Under the pieces are notes generated by a model, which saw only the letters and a list, made by a program, of their open reading frames with translations, made no database searches and was not told the DNA's origin. Position numbers and translations under genes: made by a program. A DNA stretch of 64,000 bases, from the NCBI RefSeq assembly GCF_023055435.1, contig NW_025963890.1:62558001-62622000 (forward strand). The letters run 5' to 3'. Numbering within the stretch: position 1 is the stretch's first letter; every line of letters starts with the position of its first letter. Below are positions 50,643-60,722 of the stretch, one piece after another. The stretch is from Haliotis rufescens (Eukaryota).

Positions 50643-52085
50643 TCAACACCAGCCTGGACTCCAGGCGCCGCCAAAGTATTTGGGGTTTGCGTTGGGAACG
50701 GGAGAACCGTCCTGCGATGGGACATGTGTCTTCTTCCAGTTCTCCAACCTCTTCTTCATCATGTCCACTAACTCGGGGTACTTCGCTGAAAGGTCGAAGT
50801 GTTCAGTTGGATCTGAAGTAATGTTGTATAGCATGAAGGGAGGGAATGTTTGGTTATCAGCTTGAGAGACGCCTTCATCAATTCCCAGATGTGGCAAAGG
50901 AGCCCAACCATTGTGATCTCCTGGATTTCCTTGCATGAGTTTGAGATCTCCGTACCGTATTGCAGCTGCTTCCCGCTCATCATAGATGTTGTAGACGAAC
51001 TCATTCCGTTTGGTGGATCCGCCATTGATGAGCATGTCATACTGACTAACTCCGTCCATTTTGGGATCTGTGTTCTCTCCACCAGCCAGCTCCACCAAAG
51101 TCGGGTACCAGTCCACAGCATGCATCATTCCAGTGTTGAGGTAGCCTGTCTTCTTCAGAAGTGTTTTACTGTAGATGAAAGCCGTGCCTTTCGTTCCCCC
51201 TTCCCACAGAGTATTCTTGGCTCCTCGTAAAGGCAAGTTATTAGCAGCAACAAATGTAGGACCGCCATTATCGGTTGTAAAGACTAACAATAGATTGTCC
51301 ATGAGGCCTTTGTCTTCTAAAGCCTTCGTAATGTTTCCCACAGCTTCGTCTAACGAACTCGCCATTCCACAATAGACCCTTCTGTTTAGATTTTCTATGT
51401 TCTTGTACAGGTTTTCATATTTTGAAGGAACTTCTAGAGGTATATGTACAGACTGGAATGGAAGGTATAGATAAAGTGGTTTACTATTGTCGTGGTTCTC
51501 GATGATTTCAACAGCTCTGTCCGTAAACACATTTGCAGAATAGGTTCCATTTGCGTTGCCATAGACAGTCTTATTGAAGTGAAAATCCAGGCCCACGTCA
51601 CCTCCTCGATCCTGTGACATGTGAGTAAAATACTCTTCATCACCGGAGTAATAGCCAAGATAGGTATCAAAGCCTCTCTCTGTGGGTGTATATTTCCAGT
51701 TACAGAAGCCAAGATGCCACTTCCCAACCATGTGAGCATCATAGCCGAGTTGTTTCAGTCTTTGTGGTATAGTTGTTAGGTTGGCTGGCAAGAATCTCGC
51801 TGCGTCTACCGGAATACCGCTGTCTTGTAGTCCAGTGTGATAGGGGAAATATCCTGACATGAAGCAGCTTCTGGAGGGCGAGCACATAGGCTGAACGTAT
51901 GAAGAGTTGAGGACGACTCCAGCTTTGGCCAGTCTGTCCAGGTTAGGGGTGATCATTTGAGGGTTCCGAAATCCAACATCGTTCCAGCCGAGGTCATCAG
52001 CGACTATAAATATAATGTGAGGTTTCTCTGCACACTCACAGATAACAAAAGTCAGAACAATAAGGACAGCTCCTCCGAGACTCAT
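50643..52085 (-). CDS. ARSB: Arylsulfatase B-like sulfatase, intronless, signal peptide, 480 aa (copy E)
   Basis: Start set at the aligned ATG 52085 (MSLGGAVLIVL). Motifs intact (MCSPSR, GKWH, SVH, TDNGG, AKNT). Confidence 0.95.
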   Translation of the reverse strand: MSLGGAVLIVLTFVICECAEKPHIIFIVADDLGWNDVGFRNPQMITPNLDRLAKAGVVLNSSYVQPMCSPSRSCFMSGYFPYHTGLQDSGIPVDAARFLPANLTTIPQRLKQLGYDAHMVGKWHLGFCNWKYTPTERGFDTYLGYYSGDEEYFTHMSQDRGGDVGLDFHFNKTVYGNANGTYSANVFTDRAVEIIENHDNSKPLYLYLPFQSVHIPLEVPSKYENLYKNIENLNRRVYCGMASSLDEAVGNITKALEDKGLMDNLLLVFTTDNGGPTFVAANNLPLRGAKNTLWEGGTKGTAFIYSKTLLKKTGYLNTGMMHAVDWYPTLVELAGGENTDPKMDGVSQYDMLINGGSTKRNEFVYNIYDEREAAAIRYGDLKLMQGNPGDHNGWAPLPHLGIDEGVSQADNQTFPPFMLYNITSDPTEHFDLSAKYPELVDMMKKRLENWKKTHVPSQDGSPVPNANPKYFGGAWSPGWC

Positions 52086-52305
52086 TTTGCTTCTGCTCAA
52101 TGTCGTACATTGTGCTTCTTTATAAAGGTTTCCAATAGATAACGCGCATCGTGACAAGCCCAAAGCTTGCATTCTTTCTGTGTGATTACCAGCTAGATAG
52201 TCCCTTTGTCGAGATATATGCCACAAAATCAGTGCAAATGTTGCGAAAATAAATGAATTCACAATACCTATAAGTAAAACCATTGATCCACTAATACATC
52301 GCATC

Positions 52306-53070
52306 ATTTAAGCTAGCATGTTTTGACAAAATCGGAGGAATTACAAAATGCCCCTTTCAGACAAGTGGCTAAACAACATATGTGTAATTATATGTATTTC
52401 ATTTATATTTTAACAAACACTCCTTTGCGTACACGAGCCTTTTATTGCACAGCTGTATAAAATCTTGAAATGTTTGACTCTATGCATTGTTCTCACTGTT
52501 TGTCCATGTGTCATGTGACCATGATATAAATAAGTAGTTCAAAAGTAATAAGAGATGTAGCTAAATAAATAAATAAATAAATAAATGAATGCCTTTGTAT
52601 TACTATTTCAGTTATGTGTGTTCATTTCTCAGAATGCGATGGTTGATAAATTGTGAAATGAATTCTGCATTTCAAAATGATGAAAGATGTATATCCTGTT
52701 ATATCAAAATTTCCTTTTCATTAAGCCGCATACTGAGATATTTTGATATGTTACCTGATTGTACGCATATTATGTCCCCCGCACGTTTTCACTGCTTAAT
52801 TGGATCGTGCGGTGAGGCTCCATTACTTTCCTTATTGCGTGTCATCGTATCGGGATGGCCTGGATCCTTCTTCATGCTCACTGATTTGGCTGCTCCATAT
52901 TCACATATTTACAGACCTGTGATGAAGCATTATTAAGCTAGCATGGTTTGACAAAATCGGAGGAAATGAAAAATTCCCTTTTCAGACAAGTGGCTGAACA
53001 ACATATGTGTAGGCATATGTATTTCATTTATATTTTAATAAACACTCTTTAAATGTTTGACTGTATGCAT
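52306..53070. repeat. ~115-bp direct repeat upstream of copy E
   Basis: TTAAGCTAGCATG.TTTGACAAAATCGGAGGAA..AAACACTC at ~52308-52421 and ~52932-53048. Confidence 0.9.
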
Positions 53071-54271
53071 TATGCCCGTGCCCCCTCCCTGAGTTATGAA
53101 GCAGGAATATTTCTGACTGGGTTAAAGAGCCTTTTCTCAATCACTCTCTCATTTCACTCATATATCTACGTTGATGCTTCAGAGAAGATTTGTTTTACAG
53201 ACGGATTAAATCTCATTGTTTCTGGATATCCAGAACGTCAGGCGAACAAGTTTGTGTTTTAAAACTGAGATAAAAATATTGAATTTTTTATTATCCCAGA
53301 CCATATCTGCATGTGAAATATCTGGTTATCCATAAGCCAGAATGTTTTTGTCGTTTATATTTTTATCCTGATTAAGCGTTCAATGTCATTTGCTTCAAGA
53401 CATTCAGGACATTGGGGATGTTTGTGTTTGTTTGAAGCTTAAAGCAAAATTATTTCTTGCCGTATTTTCTAGTACAATTTCACTTGTAAATATCCCAGAC
53501 CATTTCTTAATCAAACCTATCTGATTATACAGCAACTCCTTGATTCCGAAATACGAATAACAAACACATTTGTCATATGGCGTTGCATCTTGTGAATGCA
53601 CTGTCGAAGGACGGTGTATATGATAATGCCGACTTTATATAATTTACATATTAAAATATGCTCAAGATCTCACAGCAGATAAAATGCCTCGAGTTACCTT
53701 GACATAATTTCCTTTAGAGGAATGAGGCTATCAATTTCACTTTCTGTGCTTATCTACAAATATGCGCTTGGTCAGTCGGTGTTTGCATGTCTGATACTAT
53801 TTAAAATGTTTTCGACTTGTGGGATAGGTTTGGATATATAAAATTGGGTATAGGAATGTTCCTTTCGTCAGCATGATAGTGAATTCACATAGGTTTCAAC
53901 ATTCTGGCCTTAGCAAAGCATTCAAAACATTTCACGGTAGACATGTGGATGACATTTCCAAATTTGTCGCATCAGTGACAAAAAAAATGTCTGATGGAAA
54001 TCCCTATTTTGACTTGTACCATATGTCCCTGTGTATTATCAGATGAACAGTTGACTTGCCGTGAACGTTTTTCTTCACTTATAAGCAGCAGAGGCTCTTC
54101 ACCTGTACACAGCAGGCGTAATATGAACATATCATTTAGTTTTAAAAAAATCAGTGAATGCGCTATCGTGTTACTAGATTGTCTGGTACATCACTTGATT
54201 GTCTGGTTCGTTTACAGACCGCGTACGCATGGCAGGATCACATCTGTGCGGCGTCAGGGAACAAAGAAATA

Positions 54272-54429
54272 CAGTAAAGTACGGTTATAACGAACTCAAA
54301 GGGACTACTATTTTTAGTTCGTTATAACCGTAGTTCGTTATAAGCATATATACAGCATAACTACAGCAACTAGTCGGGACCAAAAAGTAAGTTCGTTATA
54401 AGCGTGTTCTTTATAACCGCAGTTTACTG
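54272..54429. mobile_element. Small Tc1/pogo-type MITE
   Basis: Termini CAGTAAA..CGGTTATAACGAA / ..TTATAACCGCAGTTTACTG with internal GTTCGTTATAA repeats. Inserted at TA; empty sites CAAATATTTAC at ~6232 and ~12941. Confidence 0.8.
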
Positions 54430-54963
54430 TTTTTACCTTTTTGCAAATTATGTGAGTTGCAGGTGGTACCAGTAGGGCTGGATATGCTAAACCATTTCTC
54501 GAACACCTAGTTGTATCACTGATTTTCACTGATCCATTCATATAATTTCCACAGTCATTTTGTCTTTTACTCCAAATGGAATCTGTTTTCGGTGATAATC
54601 GAGTCTGACCATTCTCTGGCGTTGACGTTTTATATGTGTGACTATGACGGATGCCACCGGTGGGGCAGAATAAGTTGACCATTAGGGGAACACCTGGTAT
54701 TATCGCTATTAGGTAATCATTCATCACATAGTCATACAAGTGACTCCTCTTTTGGTATGGAAATGGGTTTTTTTGGTCGCTTTTCATTATTTACTTATTT
54801 AAACAGTATGTGATGAATATCAAAAATATATTAATCCGGCCTATATCACATATTTTAATCCAAAAGTTCAATAGCCGAAAGCACAAAACACACACACAAA
54901 AACAACAACAAAAAAACACCTAGCTATCGGTCATGTGAAACCGTTTCAGTTAATGTCCTAAAA

Positions 54964-55750
54964 TACTGAACCGCAAAAGAAACGTCACCCCAAGTGACAT
55001 TGCATGAAAAGTTGTCATTTGAAATATTTTTTTCAAAGTTTCTAAAATCTAACATTACCTGGTCCGGTTAAATGAAATTTGATGATTAAAAAAACAAAGC
55101 AGGTGACAATAAAACCGATCGCCCAAACGCATCACGGCAACGGCCATCGTAACCTGTTGCACGTGAGTTCTGTGCAAATTGAAATGCACATGCGTTCCCC
55201 CATTTCTTGCCCTATAAAAATCCACCCAGATCGGATAACATTCATTCGTTATTGAATTGCTACCACATGCCAAGATTGACAAGAAATCAGCGAGACTTGG
55301 ACGATTTCAAGCTGGACAAACCGCCCGGCAAGAAGCCAATGCATTGCAAGTCCAGGTAAGGACCATATACAAACTCCATCAACGGTACCAGACAACCAAC
55401 ACTAAAGATGACCGACTCCGTAGTGAAAGACCAAGGGTCACCAACCGACGTCAGGATCGTCAGATTTTACGACAGCATTTTCAAGATCCCTTTGTTACTG
55501 CTGCGGAAACTGCTCGACAGACCATGGGGACGCACCAGCGACACATTAGTGCGGACACCGTGCGTCGACGATTGACGAGCAGACCTCCACTGTCACAGGC
55601 CACACCGAGGACCCATTCTGACACCACGATATCGTCGGGACCGTCTCCATTGGGCAACACAGCACCAGCATTGGCGCCACCAGCAGTGGAGAAGAGTCCT
55701 CTTCTCAGACGAGAGCCGTTACTGTATCTCAACAGCAGAGAGAGAGAGAG

Positions 55751-55818
<68 letters not shown>

Positions 55819-56513
55819 TGGCCACGCCGTGGGGAAAGTTATTCGGATGCTTGTGCTGTTGAGAGAGACTCGTGGGGTGGTCCGAGCATCATGGTGTGGG
55901 ATGGAATTGGTCTTGCACAGAGGGTTGGCCCTGTGGCCCAGGGAGAGGCCATGGTGTCACAGCAGCTCGGTACATAGATCCAGTCTTGAGACCACATACC
56001 GCAACCACGAGTTTTAGCATGATAACGCCCATGCCCACACTGCGAGAGAAACAAGAGACTTACTCCAGCAGAATGGAATCAGAACCATGTCGTGGCCTGC
56101 CCTCAGTCCTGATTTAAATCCCATTGAGCACCTGTGGGACGAGATTCAAAAACGGCTGAATGACGTCCGACCAAGTCCGACAACTGCAGCTGAACTGCGT
56201 CAGGCGTTCCTCAGAGTGATGGCTCAAATGCCTATGGCCTTCATCAACCGCCTCTTCCATTCCATGTATCGACGTTGCACGGCAGTCATCAATGCACATG
56301 GCAGACACACGAGATACTCACTTGTGATGCCATTTTCTCAGAGACTAGTGTTGTGTTTCACGTTAAGAACATTTGGCACTTTAATTTCCACATTGATGAT
56401 CAGTTTTGCCAAGTTGCATCTTTTTAATATGTCTCAAAGTATGTTTACAGTGTTTGGCAAAATAAGGTTTCTCATATATCTATCCATGGTGACGTTTCTT
56501 TTGCGATTCAGTA
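54964..56513 (+). mobile_element. Tc1-family (DD34E) transposon, transposase disabled
   Basis: 26-bp TIRs TACTGAACCGCAAAAGAAACGTCACC. Transposase ~55260-56320: HTH (RQDRQI..ISADTVRRRL), VLFSDES, HDNA-(34)-E in SPDLNPIEHLW. Frameshifts and a (GA)n insertion. Empty site AAAATACGTTTCA at ~7780. Confidence 0.95.
55736..55815. repeat. (GA)n microsatellite inside the transposase
   Basis: GA run just after the FSDESRYC coding segment. Confidence 0.98.
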
Positions 56514-56753
56514 TACGTTTCAGGTAAGGTTATTACATCAAAGGGAAGCTTTGTCATACCTTGTCCTTTGTGTTTGTTCACTGTTGAATGTATATGTTTC
56601 ACAAAACTTGTAACCCAATGCGTCTGTGTCTGGTTCGATTTGATTTTAAAATAAATAGTTTTCCCTATTTGAAGACAAATGAGGTTGATGCGGTAAGGAC
56701 TCAATTTGACAAGTAGGTGTGACAACCCGTATTTTGAACATCAATGTAGTGTT

Positions 56754-57582
56754 AATAGAGAATACTACACTTATTCTCGATAGCGAGGTCAGATACCATA
56801 GAAAGTGCACGAGATTCGAAAGATTGCTATCTAACGAGAATGAGTGTGGTATCTTATTTATTACCTAAATATATGTGTATATATTAAAATATGTATTTAA
56901 GTGTAGATACATAACGACTTTCTTACGTTAACAGACCAAACTGAAACCGGTTGTAAATCTGGTTGGGCATGTGTAAATCTCACAGCGGCGTTTTTGCGCT
57001 AGAGATGAACGTTCATTCATGAACTAACGATTTCGGAAGCAATGTCACAAAATACGCTTCGAATGAGGACACTGATGACACAACCGGAGCATCCAACGTA
57101 AGTCAAAGATATCTGTCCAGATAGTTTAGCTGACTTCATGTCACCACGCTTAACATTAACACGTTAAATCAAATTGAAGTCGCGAAAGTAATCGGGTGCG
57201 TCACGCTCGATAGGGACCCTTGATAAAGATATATCGGAAGACGTACATTGCATATGGATACAGCTCGATTATATAATGTCTGCAGTAGTTCTATGCATGA
57301 CTAATATTGAATGCAAAGCGAGTTGATGCGTGTACCTTGTTTGGTTTGATAAAGAGTGTGTAAATGTCTGTCGCTTTCATGAGATTCCTTCAGTTCTGCC
57401 TTGTAGTTAAACAAGTGAATGACGTCTCGTGTTTTTTTTATGAATGAAAAAAGTAGTTCCGGTGTGACAGAGGTCACGGTTATCCAATCAAAAGGAATAA
57501 AACGAGGACAACCGTGTACGACACACGTGTGACGTACGGATTTAATGTGTAACCATCTCTATCTTCACCACGTGGGTAATAA
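56754..57582. mobile_element. ~830-bp insertion in the 3' flank of copy F, possibly a Crypton-like non-autonomous element
   Basis: Absent from the paralogous 3' flank (~8300-8320). No ordinary TIRs, but offset inverted pairs: ACACTTATTCTCG/CGAGAATGAGTGT near the left end, and TTATTACC (~56858) with terminal GGTAATAA. Confidence 0.5.
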
Positions 57583-57622
57583 ACGTATTTATTTGTGAGG
57601 GAGTGTCTGTTTGAAATAGTCA

Positions 57623-59070
57623 TTAACACCAGCCTGGACTCCATACACCGCCGTAGTATTTTGGGTTCGCTGCAGGAATACTAGCATTGTTCTGCGCCGG
57701 AACACGGGACTTCTTCCAGTTCTCCAGTCTCTTCTTCATCATATCCACTAACTCAGGGTACGTGGCTGAGAGGTCGAAATGTTCAGTTGGATCTGCAGTT
57801 ATGTTGTATAGCATGAAGGGAGGGAACTTCTGGTTATCAGCTTGATAAACACGTTCATCAATTCCCAGATGTGGCAAAGGAGCCCAACCATTGTGATCTC
57901 CCGGACTTCCTTGTATGAGTTTGAGATCTCCGTACCGTATTGCAGCTGCTTCCTCCTCGTCATAGATGTTGTAGACGAACTCATTCCGTTTGGTGGGTCC
58001 GCCATTGATGAGCATGTCGTACTGACTGACTCCGTCCATGTTGGGGTCTGTGTTCTCTCCACCAGCTAGCTCCACCAAAGTCGGGTTCCAGTCCACAGCA
58101 TGCATCATTCCAATGTTAAGGTAGCCCGTCTTCTTCAGAAGGGTTTTACTGTAGATGAACCCAGTTCCCTTCGTTCCCCCTTCCCAGAGAGTAGCTTTAG
58201 CTCCTCGTCAAGGCAAGTTATTAGAAGCTTTATACGTAGGACCACCATTATCGGTTGTAAAGACCAACAATAGGTTGTCCATGAGACCTTTGTCTTCTAA
58301 TGCCTTAGTGATATTCCCAACAGCTTCGTCTAACGCACTCACCATTCCACAATAGACCCTTCTGCGTTTGGTTTCTATGTTCTTGTACATGTTTTCATAT
58401 TTAGGTGGAACTTCCAGAGGTTCATGTACAGACTGGAATGGAAGGTATAGATAAAGTGGCTTACTGTTGTTGTGGCCCTCAATGAATTCAACAGCCCTGT
58501 TAGCAAACACATACGCAGAGTAGGTCCCATTGGCCTCTCTATAGGCAATCTTGTTTAAGTGAAAATCCAATCCGACTTCACCTTGGGGATCCTTTAACAT
58601 GTGAGTAAAATAGTCCTCTGCACCAGAGTAATGACCAAGATAGGTGTCAAAGCCTCTCTCTGTGGGTGTATATTTCCAGTTACAGAAGCCAAGGTGCCAT
58701 TTCCCAACCATGTGAGCATCATAGCCAAGTTGTTTCAGTTTCTGTGGTAGTGTTGTCAGGTTGGCTGGCAGGAATTTTGCTGCGTCTGTCTGAATAACGC
58801 CATCTTGAAGCCCGGTGTGATAGGGGAAATAACACGACATAAAACAGTTTCGGGAGGGCGAACACAAAGGCTGGACGTAAGAAGAGTTGAGGATGACTCC
58901 AGCTTTGGCCAGTCTGTCCAGGTTAGGGGTGATCATTTGAGGGTTCCTATATCCAACATCGTTCCAGCCGAGGTCATCAGCGACAATAAATACAATATTA
59001 GGTTTCTCCATACATTCACAGATAACAAAAGTCATAAAAGAATAATACATACAGCTTTTTGGAGACCCAT
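57623..59070 (-). pseudogene. Full-length, recently disabled arylsulfatase B-like gene (copy F)
   Basis: A 4-nt insertion in the signal peptide gives MGLQKAVCIILL*. TTA>TGA nonsense at 58208-10 in NNLP[L]RG. The rest is colinear and in frame with the paralogues. Confidence 0.9.
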
Positions 59071-59525
59071 TTTGCTTCTGCTCGGTGTGGTACATTGTGC
59101 TTCTATTTAAAGGTTTGCAATAGATAACGCACGTCGTGACTGGCCCTGTGCGTAATATTGTATATGCACTCCTGTGTTGTATTATAATGTATATTTTGGT
59201 CTTGGCCATGCATACTTTGTATGAATTACCAATTTTTGATGGAATAAATTGCCTAGAGTCTTACGCCAGAAGGCGGTGGCTCATGGGCCAATCTGGTGAT
59301 GTTGACCTCTGTATTCTGTATATCTCCAGTTTCTTGTCATGGACTGAACCTGCCTGGCACTACATCTGGTAGATAAATATAGCTATTCAAGTCATATTTG
59401 CTGGAGTATAACACCCCTGTAGCCCTGGTGTTTTGCATTTTGGATATCCAATGCAATGAAACACTGTCCTTGTTGACACTTGATGGTGGGTGGGGAGCAG
59501 GGGTGCAGAACCACTTCCTTTCATT

Positions 59526-60722
59526 ATGTCGACACAACACTCTGGTTCGAAAAGAAAACACCTAGATGCTAGCTCCTCTGAGGCTTCTGATCATCAACCT
59601 TTGAAATTGAACCCGTTCACTATTTCTAAGGCCATCAATGGTTGTTGTGGAACAGTTAACAATGTTACCCGCCTCCGTAATGGCTCCATACTTGTGGAAT
59701 GTGCCAGGAAACAGCAATCTCTTAATCTGTTATCAATCAGCCAATTTGCAAATGTAGAGATTGCTGTCTCGGCACATAGGACTTTGAACTCGTGTCGAGG
59801 CATTGTGAGAGACAGAGCCCGATGTTTAGCTGACATGAGTGAAGATGAGATTGTGACCGAACTAACAAATCAAGGTGTTACAGCTGTCAAGCGTTTCACC
59901 AGAAAACAGGATAATAACATCATCAAAACCAACACCTATCTCTTTACTTTTTCCCTTACCAAAATTCCTAAATCTATAAAAGCTGGGTACTTTAATATCG
60001 GAGTGGAAGTTTATGTACCAAACCCACTCCGATGTTACAAATGTCAACATTTTGGACACGGTGCCAAGACCTGCACTCTCAGCGTAGTTTGTGTGCGCTG
60101 CAGTGGCTCTCATGAGAGCACTGAGTGCACTGATGCCACAAAGTGTGCAAATTGCGATGGGGACCACTTGGCCTCATCCAAATTTTGTCCACACTTTATC
60201 CGTCAATCTCAAATATTAAAAATTAAACGCACTAACAATATCTCTTTTCATGATGATAAGAAGCTAGTTCAGTCACAATCTCCAAATAACTCAACAAAAT
60301 CTTACTCAGCAGCAGTAACTGTCACTCCTGTTGTCAAGGCCGCCACAGTTTCTGTAGGATGCCAAACGACCATCTCTTGGGTTGGTACTCAGCAGATGCT
60401 AGAAGACAAGTCAGCCAAATCATCTCACAGTGTCACAACAAGAGTAACATCAGCTTCACAGACGGAGCTAGTGAAATCAACAAAAAATAGTAGAACCAGA
60501 ATCATCTCCAATTCATGGAGACCTCCATTTATCAAAAACGGAAAAAAAGAAACTGAAAAAAAGGCTAGGGCCCTCCAACACTTGGAGGTGCCTTCTTCTC
60601 AGCCGACACCTGTTAAGGTTCAAAATCAATTTGAACCTTTGGCGATGAAGATCACTCCATCTCCAACAGACCATGGGAGTGGACCTCCCTCTCGGTCCAG
60701 ATCCCCAGTAGAACCACCATGA
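59526..60722 (+). CDS. LINE ORF1 gag-like nucleic-acid-binding protein
   Basis: Three knuckles CYKCQHFGHGAKTC, CVRCSGSHESTEC and CANCDGDHLASSKFC after YVPNPLR. First ATG at 59526. Confidence 0.9.
   Translation: MSTQHSGSKRKHLDASSSEASDHQPLKLNPFTISKAINGCCGTVNNVTRLRNGSILVECARKQQSLNLLSISQFANVEIAVSAHRTLNSCRGIVRDRARCLADMSEDEIVTELTNQGVTAVKRFTRKQDNNIIKTNTYLFTFSLTKIPKSIKAGYFNIGVEVYVPNPLRCYKCQHFGHGAKTCTLSVVCVRCSGSHESTECTDATKCANCDGDHLASSKFCPHFIRQSQILKIKRTNNISFHDDKKLVQSQSPNNSTKSYSAAVTVTPVVKAATVSVGCQTTISWVGTQQMLEDKSAKSSHSVTTRVTSASQTELVKSTKNSRTRIISNSWRPPFIKNGKKETEKKARALQHLEVPSSQPTPVKVQNQFEPLAMKITPSPTDHGSGPPSRSRSPVEPP

Noticed and set aside
52086-52307. 74-aa hydrophobic N-terminal extension of copy E (554-aa ORF), suggesting a membrane anchor
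   Set aside because: It reads through the conserved TATA/GATA promoter block, and the equivalent region is not open in frame in paralogues. The aligned ATG at 52085 gives a normal signal peptide.
58208-58210. In-frame TGA in copy F as selenocysteine or readthrough
   Set aside because: It replaces a conserved Leu (TTA), not a Cys. The gene also has a signal-peptide frameshift, and I see no SECIS.
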